From NCBI GenBank assembly GCA_036785375.1, contig JAWMAR010000076.1, positions 8,060,001 to 8,124,000 on the forward strand: 64,000 nucleotides of DNA, in the 5' to 3' direction. Below, piece by piece: positions 1-11,977 of this stretch. The translations under genes were made by a program, and so were the position numbers. Numbering within the stretch: position 1 is the first letter of the stretch; each line of letters begins with the position of its first letter. The notes beneath the pieces are model-generated. The model saw only the letters and a list, made by a program, of their open reading frames with translations. It was not told the origin of the DNA and searched no databases. This DNA is from Leucoraja ocellata. Taxonomy: Eukaryota.

Positions 1-2460
1 ATAGCTGTCCACTCTGTCTCTCCAATGGACCAATTTGATCCCTCGTTATCCTTTTGCTATTAATATAGCTGTAGAAACCCTTTGGATTTACTTTCACCTT
101 ACTTGCCAAAGCAACCTCATGTGTTCTTTTAGCTTTTCTAATTTCTTTCTTAAGATTCTTTTTACATTCCTTATACTCCTCAAGCACCTAATTTACTTCA
201 TGCTGCCTATAATTATTGTAGACCTCCCTCTTTTTCCGAACAAGATGTCCAATTTCCCTTGAAACCCAGGGCTCTTTCCAATTTTTACTGGTTCCTTTCA
301 ACCGAACAGGAACATAAAGATTCTGTACTCTTAAAATTTCCTCTTTAAATGTCCTCCATTTCTCTTCTACATCCTTCCCATAAAACAAAATGTCCCAGTT
401 CACTCCTTTTAAATCATTTCGCATCTCATCAAAGTTAGCCTTTCTCCAATCAAAAATCTCAACCCTAGGTCCAGTTCTGACCCTCTCCATAATTATATTG
501 AAACTAATGGTATTGTGATCACTGGACCCGAAGTGTTCCCCAACGCATACCTCCGCCACCTGTCCCGTCTCATTTCCTAACAGGAGGTCCAACACTGCCC
601 CTCCTCTAGTAGGTACCTCTATGTATTGCTGCAAAAAACTATCCTGCGCACATTTTACAAACTCCAAACCATCCAGCCCATTTACCGAATGTGTTTCCCA
701 GTCTATGTGTGGAAAGTTGAAATCTCCCACAATCACTACTTTGTGCTTACTACTAATATCTGCTATCTCCTTACATATTTGCTCTTCCAATTCTTGATCC
801 CCATTTGGCGGTCTATAATACACCCCTATAAGTATTGCCACCCCTTTCCCACTTCTCAGTTCCACCCAAATAGCCTCCCTAGATGAGCCCTCCAATCTAT
901 CCTGCAAAAGCACTGCTGTAATATCTTCCCTGACTAGTAATGCAACACCTCCACCTCTTGCCCCTCCAATTCAATCACACCTGAAGCACCGAAATCCTGG
1001 AATATTTAGTTTCCAATCACAGCCCTCCTGCAACCATGTTTCACAACATCATACTTCCAGGTGTCTATCCAGACTCTAAGCTGATCCACCTTTCTTACAA
1101 TGCTCCTAGCATTAAAATATGCACATTTAAGAAACCCCCCGCCTCTTATTCTCTATTTATTTCCTTTTTTTTCTTTCTCCTCTTGTGCCCGAGTGCTTCC
1201 CTTTTCTGCTTCCTGCCTCCCATTCTGTCTACTAGCTTTCTCTATTTGAGTCCCTCGCCCCAACCATTCTAGTTTAAAGTCCCCCCAGTAGCCTTTGCAA
1301 ATTTCCCTGCCAGGATATTGGTCCCCCTCGGGTTCAAGTGCAACCTATCCTTTCTGTACAGGTCCCACCTTCCCCAAAAGAAGTTCCAATGATCCAGAAA
1401 CTTGAATCCCTGCCCTCTGCACCAGTCTTTCAGCCACGCATTTATCCTCCACCTCGCTCCATTCCTACTCTCACTGTCGTGTGGCCCAGGCAGTAATCCT
1501 GAGATTGTTACGTTTTTGGTCCTTTTCCTTAACTCTCCTCCCAACTCCCTAAATGCTCCCTTCAGGACCTCTTACCTTTTTTTACCTATGTCATTGGTAC
1601 CTATATGTACCACAACCTCAGGCTCCTCTCCCTCTGATTTCAGGATATCTTGAACGCGTTGAGACACGTCCGAGACCTTGGCACCAGGGAGGCAGACCAC
1701 CATCCTGATCTCCCGACTGCGTCCACAGAATCACCTATCCGACCCCCTAACAATAGAGTCCCCAATTACTATTGCCCTCTTCTTTTTGTCCCTACCTTCA
1801 GGAGCAACAGGGCCGGTCTCTGTGCTGGAGGCCCATCCGCTCTCGCTACCCCCGGGCAGGCTGTCACCCCCATCTGTACTCAAACAGGAGTACTTATTTG
1901 CAAGGTGTACCGACATTGGAGTACTCACTCGTCCCTGCCTCTGCCCCTTGTCCTTCCTTAACGTGACCCACATGTCTCTCTCCCGTGGTTTTGGAGTGAC
2001 CACCTCCCTATAACTCCCCTCAATGACCTCCTCACTCTCCCTGACCAGACAGAGGTCATCGAGCTGCTGCTCCAGGATCCTAATACGGTCCCTTAGGAGC
2101 TCCATCTCACTGCACCTGGTGCAGATGTGCACGTCTGGAGGGCCATCCGACACCATGACCTCCCATATCTGACATCCCGAACAGTACACTGCTCTGGCTG
2201 TCATTCTCCCACCTTACCCTGAATCCGATACAAGTATAATACAATAGAAACTGCAGGGAGAAATCAGCAGGTATCTGACTCACAACAGCTGCTCCCTCGT
2301 GACCATTAAATTGCACCTTTATTATATAAACACAAAGCACTGTACCCTTAGCTCACTGTACCTTTACTAAAGCACTGTACCTTTAACCAGAAAACAGAAA
2401 TGCTAACCTGAGGTTGCACCCAATCAGCTGCTTCCTCTAGTCTGCTTCCACCAATCAGCG
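1..2460 (-). mobile_element. CR1 LINE 5' part (ORF1 zinc finger + SGNH esterase, frameshifted; ORF2 AP endonuclease)
   Basis: ORF 1731-2204 (CxxC..CxxC, GDSIVRG), 1269-1544 (DxLHLN), 188-913 (YYRPP, GDFNFP, SDHN). Confidence 0.92.
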
Positions 2461-2689
2461 GCTTCCACCAGAACCCTCCCTATGGAGTATGTATTTCGGT
2501 AAGCCCTGACCCTCCTCCACTTGCTCCAACGATCCCGGGCCTCTGTAAAAGCAAGCCCGCGCTCGATTTATATACTCACCGCCCTGACCCTCCTCCACTC
2601 GCTCCAACGATCCCGGGCCTCTGTGATCAGTAATGCATATCCTCCACCTCACAGCCAAACTTCCTGCTTGATCAGGAACCATCAGCACA

Positions 2690-3190
2690 GGAGCACCTCA
2701 AGGCTGGGTGATCAGCCCTGTACTCTGTACCCATTAATGTGTGACCGGACACAGTTCCAATTCCATCTTCAAATCTGCCGACGACATCACTGTAGTTGAA
2801 CCAATTATGGATGATGATGAGTCAGAGTATTGGGGGGAGATCGATCAACTGACCAAATGGTGCCAAGAAACAGATCCGCATTATCGTGGCCATACTCTCA
2901 TCTCCCTGTACCATCAGGAAGAAGGTACAGGAGCCTGAAGGCTGTTACCTCCAAGTTGAAGAACAGCTTCTTCCCATCAACAATCAAGTTCTTGAACCAC
3001 AACCCTACTTCAGCACCTCACTATGGACTATTATGATTGCTCCATGTAATTTGGTGGGTTTTTGCACAGCCATCGCCCCATTTATTTAGGATAACATAAT
3101 TGAAAGTGCATTTATTTCTTGTTGTAGCTGTGTGTCGGAAGCTGCAGCAAGTAAGAATTTCACTGTTGCAGTTCATTTCTGGTTTCTTGA
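2690..3190 (+). mobile_element. Rex/Babar-type LINE fragment (RT remnant + 3' tail)
   Basis: IFKSADDITVV and GRRYRSL..KNSFFP motifs. Confidence 0.65.
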
Positions 3191-3414
3191 CTCCTGGTAA
3201 AGAAGGTCTACCATATACTTGGTGTCATTGACCAGGACATTGAGTGTAAAAGCTGGCAAGTCATGTTGCAGCTGCATGAAACTTTGGTTGGGCAGAGTTG
3301 TTTGTGCAGTTCTGGTCACCACATTACAGGAATGATGTGGCGGCTTTGAAGACGTTGTAGAAGATGTTTACCAGAATGCTGCCTGGGCATTAGTTATCTG
3401 GCGAGGTTGCATAA

Positions 3415-3735
3415 ATCAGAGGGGATAGAGCCTTTTCTGTTGCTGCCCCAGCACTCTGGAACACCTTGCCGCTGCAGATCAGACAGGCCCCTTCACTGTC
3501 CATCTTTAAATCCTCCCTAAAAACTCACTTTTATTCACTGGCTTTCGACACTGGCTGAGACATTGTTCCTGTTTTTAGTGCTTTTAATGTCTTTTAATTT
3601 TTACTGTTTTTATAGTCCTGTCGTCTTAATGGTTTTAGTAGTTTGTAATAACTTTTTGTTGACTTCCCATGTACAGCACTTTGTGGTAACTGATGTTGTC
3701 TAAAAGCGCTTTATAAATAAAGTTATTATTATTAT
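3415..3735 (+). mobile_element. L2-type LINE 3' end
   Basis: GDRAFSVAAPALWN..FKSSLKTH peptide, then AATAAA and (TTA)n tail. Confidence 0.7.
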
Positions 3736-3884
3736 AAATGTGGACTGTTTTCTCTAGAGCATCCAAGGCTGAGGGGTAATCTAATGGAACATTTATAAAA
3801 TTCTGAGACAGAGTACCTTTATGTCAGAGGAAACCTAGTCTCTCACTAGTTACCCTCTTTCCTTTAATGTACTTTTGGACGAGT

Positions 3885-4655
3885 CATAGTGTTACACAGG
3901 ACAGAAATAGATCCTTCAGTGAAGTCTAAATTTACCAAGTTGACCACAAGATGTCCCATCTGCACTACTTCCACTGGCCCAGACTTACCCTAGATCTCTC
4001 TAAAACTTTCCTATCCATGTACCTGTCCACATGTATTTTAAATGCAGTTATCGTACCTGCCTTGACTACCTTTTCTGTCAGATCGTTCCTTATATCCACC
4101 ATCCTCTGTTTGAAAACGTTGCCCCTCAGTTTTCTATTGAATCTTTCCTCTCTCGTCTATGTCCTCTGGTTCTTGATTCCCCAACTCTGGGTAAAAGACA
4201 CTGTGCATTCACACTACCTATCCCCTTCATGATCCTATAAATTTCTATAAGGTAATCCCTCGGCCTCCTGGGCTCCAAGGAATAAAACCCTGGCCAGCCC
4301 AACCTCTTGTTATAGTTAGGGCCTTCAAGTCGTGACAACATGCTTATACATCTCCTTTGCACACATTCTCACTTAACAATATTCTTACTGTAACAAATTA
4401 ATTATCTTCACTATCTATGAAATCAGCCATTTTAGTGTCACTGCAAACTCACTAATCATGCCTTCTACATTCTCAGCCAAATCGCTGATATAAACTGCAC
4501 AGCAATGGGCACAGCACCGATCCCTGGAACACACCACATACTTCCAGTCCGATAAACAACCCATCACCATCACCCTCTGCTGCCTTCCATGAAGCCAATT
4601 TTTTATCCAGTTGATTAACTTTATAGATGGGATCCAGTTGATTAACTGGATCCCA
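3885..4655 (-). mobile_element. Old CR1 3' fragment (Helitron host; resumes at 10876)
   Basis: SRTRGH motif in ORF 4126-4362; sequence reads through across the Helitron junction. Confidence 0.7.
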
Positions 4656-4699
4656 CTATATTACTAAAAGTCTGATCTTGACCGCTTTTGGCCCACTTT

Positions 4700-6142
4700 A
4701 TAACCATATAACTAGGTATGTTACAAAACCTACCCGAATCGTGGCTGAGCATCTGCCCTACCCCGTGTGCGCGATTTTGGCGCTGTTTAGAGGGGGCGGG
4801 TTTAAAACGCGATTTTTACTAGGCTGTTGCAATCGAAAATGTTCAGCCTAGTAAATCATTAACGGAAAATCGCTGGAAGACCCCGTCGCAAAAGGTATTA
4901 TTAGTTTTTATGGCCTTGTATAATAGTTATAGTAGTCTAAAAATCACTCTCTAAACTCGCAACCTCTCGCAGCCCCAGGGTTTTATAAATCAAACAATTA
5001 AAGGTATGTACCTTATTTTTACATTAAATGGGGCTTCTTAAGAACCCTGTATATAAAGTTTTCTATAGCGAATAGTTCATTTTGGGCTCTTTATATCCCG
5101 CAGTATTTTTCTGGGCACTTGAGGGCACAAATCCAGCGCAATGTGAACGTTCTAAACCAGCGCGTTCACAGGAACCCACTAGAAAGCCGATTTAAAATGG
5201 ACTTTAATTTACAGCAATTGAACACTAAATTCCTTCCATTTGGCCTATAAATTGATGTAAATGAGATTTAAAAATCATGTTTTATTGTGAATTATTTATG
5301 AATATTATTTGGACACTTGGGCTATTTAAAAATGTTAATCATTTATTAAGAAATGGATAGATGTTTAGATCTAGTAATTGAAGTTTGAAATTAGCTACAA
5401 TTGGGTAACTAACTAATTATATGCTTTAATTTCAGGTCATCCAAGTAAGATTATTTTATATTTGTTTCAGAATGCTTCAATCTATGATAACTGAAAATTT
5501 CATTCAGTTCTCTTAATTTTTAAGAAGGTTATGGGCTTTTGACTGTCCACGATCACAGCTTTTTTGTTATGTCCATAGAAAATCAATAGGGAACAAGATG
5601 CTAATTTCCGAGTATGAAAATGGCCATAACTTTTTTATTACTTGAGATATGAAAGTGAATTAGGTGTCAAATTAAATTTATTGTTATGCTTTATCTGATG
5701 GGATAAATTGCAGACTTGATTTTTTAAATCTCAAAATTTTGTAACATTGCTAATATAACCATATAACCATATAACAATCACAGCACGGAAACAGGCCATC
5801 TCGACCCTTCTAGTCCGTGCCGAACACATAATCTCCCCTAGTCCCATATACCTGCGCTCAGACCATAACCCTCCATTCCCTTCCCATCCATATAACTATC
5901 CAATTTATTTTTAAATGATAAAAACGAACCTGCCTCCACCACCTTCACTGGAAGCTCATTCCACACAGCTACCACTCGCTGAGTAAAGAAGTTCCCCCTC
6001 ATGTTACCCCTAAACTTCAGGCCCTTAATTCTCAAGTCATGTCCCCTTGTTTGAATCTTCCCTACTCTCAGTGGGAAAAGCTTTTCCACGTCAACTCTGT
6101 CTATCCCTCTCATCATTTTAAAAACCTCTATCAAGTCCCCCC
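4700..6142 (-). mobile_element. 5'-truncated CR1 nested in the Helitron
   Basis: ORF 5838-6173 CR1 C-terminus (TRGH..FFTQRVV..WNELP); (TTATATGG)n tail. Confidence 0.85.
4713..5752. mobile_element. Non-autonomous TIR DNA transposon (hAT-like ends) in the CR1 tail
   Basis: Imperfect TIRs TAGGTATGTTACAAAA / TTTTGTAACATTGCTA; ATATAAC on both flanks. Confidence 0.7.
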
Positions 6143-6499
6143 TTTGCTGTGATTTCCGAGGGAACGCCGCCATCTATGGCCGTCATTTTTGGCCACCTCG
6201 CTCAGAGCCCCCCTCCGCCTTCCTGGACCGGAGGATTTTTTCCATCGATGACAAATCAGAGAGATATTAATGTTAAAATTATATCACCATTTTCTCTGCT
6301 GCCCCTGCTGGAGGGAGGGGGAGGGGCTATAAAACCAGGAAGTGGTGTGCCTCACTCAGTCTCTGCAAGATGGATGAAGCCAAAGATACACGTCTCTCTG
6401 AGCTCTGAATAACACTGAACAAATGTCTACTCAAATGTGAGTCCCCTTAATGTGGTTTGAAAATGAAAATATGGTTTGTTTGAGTTAAAAATGCACTGC

Positions 6500-7085
6500 C
6501 TGCAAATGGTTGTTTAGGTGCTTTGTTTTGAATGTAAAAAGGCACTACTTACTGCAAATGGTGGCTTGGGTGCACTGGCTTGAAGTTGAAAGGCACTACT
6601 TACTGCAAATGGGGGCTTGGGTGCTTTGGGTTGAAGATGAAAGGCACAAGTTGCTGCAAATGGTGACTTGGGTGCTTTGGTTTGAAGTTGAAAGGCACTA
6701 CTTACTGCAAATGGTGGCTTGGGTGTTTTGGCTTGAAGTTGAAAGGCACTACTTGCTGCAAATGGTGGCGGGTGCTTTGGTTTGAAGTTGAAAGGCACTA
6801 CTTACTGCAAATTGTGGTTTGGGTGCTTTGGCTTGAAGTTAAAAGACACTACTTGCTGCAAATGGCGGCTTGGGTGTTTTGGCTTGAAGTTGAAAGGCAC
6901 TACTTGTTGCAAATGGTGGCGGGTGATTTGGCTTGAAGTTGAAAGGCACTACTTGCTGCAAATGGTGACTTGGGTGCTTTGGCTTGAAGTTGAAAGGCAC
7001 TACTTACTGCAAATGGTGGCTTGGGTGCTTTGGCTTGAAGTTGAAAGGCATTACTTGCTGCAAATGGTGGCTTGGGTGCTTGAAA
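6500..7085 (+). repeat. 51-bp minisatellite, about 11 copies (resumes at 9788-9830)
   Basis: Unit ttgggtgctttggcttgaagttgaaaggcactacttgctgcaaatggtggc. Confidence 0.95.
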
Positions 7086-7999
7086 TTAGCAGTTGCCCGG
7101 GTGCCATTGACTACCCAAAGTGCCACCGGGCAACCTAAACACCGAGTCATTTCGCCCAGCTTGGCAACCAAATACTGGTTTATTCCAATAGACACAAAAA
7201 ACTGAGTAACTCCGCAGGTCAGGCAGCATCTCTGGAGAATAGGAACGTGACGTTTCGTGTCGGCGGTAGCGGTTGTGCGGGTCAAGGATACTAGGTGCAT
7301 GGTGACGAAGGGTCGGAGCGAATGACGGGCCCTGAACAGTGGCAACAACGGCCGTGACAGCGGCTCCACCGCCTCCTCCTCCCGCTCCCCGCCCGGTGGA
7401 AGGAGGCCTCCCTCTCCCTCTCCCTCCTTCCCTTCTCCCGGCCTCGGCGTGCGAGAGGGGTTGTTTGGCGGATTTGCAAGCAGCGGCCGCTATCGCCCTG
7501 ATAACGGCCGCTATCGCCCTGATAACGGCCGCTATCGCCCTGATAGCAGCCGCTACTTGCAAATCCGCCAACTGTCCTTTCAAAACAACCCTTCTCGCAC
7601 GAGGTGGGAAGGAGGGAGGACAGGGCCTCCTTCCACCATCTGAAGCAGCTGCACCAAAGATCCTATAGCTATAGGATCTTTGAGCTGTACCGCTCGGCCC
7701 TGAACCTTGCTGTCAGCTGGCGGAGGAGGGGAGGCGGTGGCGAGGTGGCGCCGGCACTTTGACGTTGGACAGGGACGGCCAAGGCAGAGGGGCGATGTTG
7801 TCCGAAGAGCGCTGATCTTCCTTCCACCCCACCTCCTCTGCCCCTTCCCCCCCCCTCTCCCTCTCTCTCTTGTATGCCCCCCTCCACCCCTCTTATCCTG
7901 GGACCTCTCCTCTCCATCCCGCACTGATCCCCATTCCCTCCTTTATTCAGTCCTCACTGACATCCCCTGTGCTCCCCTCCCCATCTACCCCTCCCCCAC

Positions 8000-8620
8000 A
8001 ATCTATTCATCACCCTACCCACCTTGCATTGATTCTCCTGCCACCCCCCATCCATCCTACACTGGTCCCCCAATTCATTCTGTACTGACCCCCCCTTCCC
8101 ATCCATCCTGCACTTCTCCCCCCATTCATACTGTACTGATCCTCACATTCATCCCGTACTGACCCACCCTCCATTTACCCTGCACCAATCCCCCATCCAT
8201 CCAGTAGCAATCTTCCCATTCGTCTTTTACTGATCCCCCATTCATCCTGTATTGATACCCTCATGCATCCTGTACTGATCCCCTCATGCATCCTGTACTG
8301 ATCCCCTCATTCATCCCATACTGATCCCCCATTCATCCTATACTGATCCCCTCATTCATCCTGTAGTGAACCCCCATTCATCCTGCACAGACCCTCCGAT
8401 CCACACTGTCCTGACCCCCCCCCCCCCCATTCATCATGTACTGACCCCCCCCCCCGTTCAAGAAGAATGGGGGGAACAGTCTGAAGAAGGGTCTCGACCC
8501 GAAACGTTGCCTATTTCCTTCGCTCCATAGATGCTGCCTAAACCGCTAAGTTTCTCCAGCATTTTTGTCTACTCCCATTCATCCTGTACTGAACCCCCCA
8601 TTCAACACCACTGACTTCCC
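8000..8620 (+). repeat. Degenerate ~20-bp C-rich tandem repeat (cccctcattcatcctgtactgat-like)
   Basis: Visible periodicity. Confidence 0.8.
8481..8508 (+). ncRNA. Minimal hammerhead-ribozyme core in Penelope terminal repeat
   Basis: CTGAAGA-a-GGGT(ctcg)ACCC-GAAA-CGTT; hammerhead cores are an established feature of Penelope-like elements. Confidence 0.6.
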
Positions 8621-10194
8621 CCGTACTCTCCCCTCACAATTTTACATACTCCAACCAACATGTACTAATTCACCTGCCTCAATCCATCCATTCCGATTGC
8701 CTTCTCAACCGCCCCCCCCCCCGCCATCTATCCACCCCGCACTGAGTCACACACCCCATGACCCTATTGTGCTTCATGGTCTTCAGAGCGAACATTGACT
8801 ATGTTTGATAACGGAATGCAATCAAATGTGTTTTAATTCCTAATGTTATTATTTATTTTTACACCTTTAAACATATTACCAAAAGAACATTTGCTGCAGT
8901 TATGTACTTTGGCCATCTCTTGTCAGATCGTGTAATGTTTAACCTGTCAGATGGGTATAGTCGGTTTTAACAGCTATAATCATAAAATGCCTTTAGAAAT
9001 TTCCTTGCAACCTGTATATTTTGTTATGGATAAGATATGTGGGAAGCGAGAGTGTTTCTGTACCAATAGCAATAACGACCCATGCTAAGGCCATGTCATG
9101 ATAATTTTTGGTCTTTCACAGAGAACATGCTTGCATCAATCGGTAGTGTTCATGGTTAAGCATGGTCCAGGATTTATTGACACAGGTTGATCATATGCTG
9201 AATAATCCAACCACATTTTTGTTTGGAAGTGGAAAGAACTAATAGAAATTGCGTTAATTGCAATGTGTAAAAAGAGTTGAAATATTGTATTATAATTTTG
9301 CTGCATGTCATCGTGGTACGTATCATGTCTTGATTGGTGAATATGTTTAGTTTGTGAGTTATTTGAAGCAAAAATAACATGTGAATGTAGACAAGAGTGC
9401 TGGAGAAACTCAGCGGATGCGGCAGCATCTATGGAGCAAAGGAAATAGGCAAAGTTTTGAGCCAAAACCCTTCTTCAGACTGATGGGTTTCGGCCTGAAA
9501 CGTTGCCTATTTCCTTCACTCCATAGATGCTGCTGCACCCACTGAGTTCCTCCAGCACTTTTGTCTACCTTCGAAATTCCAGCATCTGCAGTTCCTTCTT
9601 GAACATAGTATGTGAATGCTTCATTGAGCATAATTCCGACTGGTAACTACGCACTTCGTTCGAGCACATTATCGAACGCGTCATGCAAACCGTCTTAAAT
9701 GACCACCTAAACTGTCATTTGGCAACCTAAAAAGCTGTCAAGGTTGCCTGGCTGGCAACAGAGAAAAAAAGTTAAGTTAGAGCCCTGCTTGGGTGCTTTG
9801 GCTTGAAGTTGAAAAGCACTACTGCAAATGCACTGTTTGCACTGTATATTGATTTTAGATAAAACGCTACCACTTACGGCTGTGATTTTTGGCCATCTTA
9901 CTCAGTCCCCCTCTGCTGTGCAGGTGCAGAGAATTCTTCCCATCAATGAAAAATAAAAGTGTTATTAGTTTTTTTTTAAATGCTGAGAATCTCTCTCCTG
10001 TCAATCATGCCATGAAGGCCACACCTTTTCTGGTTGGAAGGGGAGGGGTCATAAAACCCGGAATAGTGAGTGTGGCTCAGTCTCTGCATGATGGGGGAGT
10101 GAGAGGTCACGACTCCGCCTGAGCTGTGAATCAATTGAACACACTGAATGTCTACTGAACTGTGAGTTTGGTGTTTTGTGTGGTTTTATGGTGG

Positions 10195-10650
10195 TTTCAC
10201 CCTGCATGAAATGGTATGAAGCTGCATTTGAATTTGGTGCCTTGCACCCTGCTTGAAGTGGAATGAAACTGCTCTTGGATTTGGCGGCCTTGCATCCTGC
10301 TTGAAGTGGTATGAAACTGCACTGAATTTGGTGGCCTTGCACCCTGCTGAAAGTGGTATGAAACTGCACTTGAATTTGGTGGCCTTGACCCTGCTTGAAG
10401 TGGTATGAAACTGCACTTGAATTTGGTGGCCTTGCACCATGCATGAAGTGGTTGGAAACTGCACTTGAATTTAGTGGCCTTGCACCCTGCTTGAAGTGGT
10501 AGGAAACTGCACTTGAATTTGGTGGCCTTGCACCCTGCTCAAAGTGGTGAGAAACTGCACTTGAATTTGGTGGCCTTGAACCCTGCTTGAAATGGTAGGA
10601 AAATGGATTTGAATTTGATGGTCTTGCACCCTGCTTGAAATGGAATTTGA
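10195..10650 (+). repeat. 48-bp minisatellite, about 9-10 copies, inside Helitron
   Basis: Unit tggccttgcaccctgcttgaagtggtatgaaactgcacttgaatttgg. Confidence 0.95.
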
Positions 10651-11769
10651 AGGAATAGCCATGAGTCAACTGTCATCCCACCAGCTGTGAGTGAGCTGCC
10701 AACAGACCAGGCTTGAGGGACTGAGCTGCCACCCCAAGAACCTATACCACTGCTCCAGGCAGCCCCCCCCCCCCAATGGCCACCAATATTGGAATTGGAG
10801 GAGAGGTGAAATATTGTGTCGGGAGACCAGCCCTCCCGTGTGAACATGGGACCCAACGGGTCCCACTTAGTCTAGTATAATCTAAATTTCCAGAGCAGTT
10901 TACCATGAAGAAACTAACAACGTCGATGTAGAAACCGGGAACTGCAGATGCTGGTTTAGGAAGGAAATACAGAAAATGCTGAAGTAACAATTATGGCTTG
11001 CCCTCAAAAACCTTTTATGTTACTTCTTCAAAAATTTTAATTCAACTTAATTTTTAAATCTTTAACCAGCAACTGCAATGCCTTGTTATTTCAAATCATT
11101 AAACTCAATTTTCTTTAATATTATCTGCCAGATGTATCTCCTGTCCCCTTGTTTCCCTCATGATTTCCTTCTCAATCCTGCTCCTCAGTTCTCAAAACCG
11201 CTCGAGGGATGCACAATCTTTGCTGCCTATTCCTGGCCCTTGCCTCCTCCTTCTTCCTGACAGCCTCAATTTCTCTCCTCATCCAAGCTTCCTTACTCCC
11301 ACCTGCCTTGCCTTTCACTACAACAGGAATAGGCAAACCCTGAACTCTTTTCATCACACTTGTTAAAGCCTATGCTAAGCAACTTTAGCAAGTTCCTATC
11401 GGATATACAAAGTTCGCCTTGCCCCAATTCAGAATTGTAACTAGTGGGCCAACCCTGTGGTTATCCCTAAGTATTTTAAAGCTAATACACCTGTGGTCGC
11501 TGGTCCCAAAAGGCTCGCCAACTTACACTTCAGTCACTTGCTCTTCCCAATTTTCCTAATAAAAGGCGAAAATTAATCAGAGCATTTGGTTTTGTTCCAA
11601 CATTTGAATCTGAAAAATGTGTATGAACATCAGGAGTGACCATAAGGATTGACCCTCAGAACATCTGAAACTTGCATCTGTGACCATATTCGATGCATCC
11701 AGAGAGAATGGTGAAAACTACTCTGGTGATCTGCCTACAGTTTGAGAGTAAATTTTCAGTGGTTTCCAC

Positions 11770-11860
11770 TGCACACTTTCCCCATGACTTCCTCTTTACA
11801 TTGCACAAATTTGTGATGAAACAATCTTGTGGGGAAGTAGAAGAGGACACAGTCACTTCT
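11770..11860 (+). promoter_or_regulatory. Candidate TATA-less haematopoietic promoter with PU.1/ETS sites
   Basis: AAAGAGGAAGT on the minus strand (11787-11797) and GGGGAAGT (11831-11838), 90-140 bp upstream of the leader ATG, in sequence I do not recognise as repeat. Confidence 0.45.
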
Positions 11861-11928
11861 AAAACAACAAAGGGAACATTGGGTCTGAATGAACAGAAGT
11901 CTAATCCTTGCAAACCAAGTTTAACAAC

Positions 11929-11977
11929 ATGTTTTCACTGATATTCTCCACCTTGAGTCTGTTCCTCTGTGCAGTGG
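11929..11977 (+). CDS. Exon 1 (signal-peptide leader) of 4xV-domain ITIM/ITSM receptor: MFSLIFSTLSLFLCAV(G)
   Basis: aacaacATG (A at -3), 16 mostly hydrophobic codons + 1 nt, perfect G|GTAAGT donor, phase 1; 49 nt is typical of Ig-type leader exons; joins in frame to exon 2 (G-LMA-NTSLIQSP). Confidence 0.8.

Larger units (their letters stand above)
7080..9787. mobile_element. Insertion splitting the 51-bp array; possible hAT-like non-autonomous element with nested Penelope remnants
   Basis: Array resumes exactly after ...TAGAGCCCTG (9787); ggcaacctaaa subterminal motifs at both ends; left terminus not clear. Confidence 0.45.
4656..10875 (+). mobile_element. Composite non-autonomous Helitron with minisatellites and nested insertions
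   Basis: 5' (T)CTATATTACTAAAAG; 3' hairpin TGGGACCC-aac-GGGTCCCA (10847-10865) then CTAG; inserted between host A|T with no TSD. Confidence 0.8.

Noticed and set aside
6510-7205. Repetitive ORFs / CRISPR-like array
   Set aside because: Head-to-tail 51-bp minisatellite without unique spacers; the ORFs arise because the unit length is a multiple of 3; eukaryotic context.
10049-10669. 206-aa repetitive ORF
   Set aside because: Translation of the 48-bp minisatellite; no splice or start context.
11656-11941. ORFs of 82-85 aa on both strands
   Set aside because: No recognisable domain; they overlap the inferred promoter/5' UTR, and the real coding signal is the leader at 11929 in another frame.
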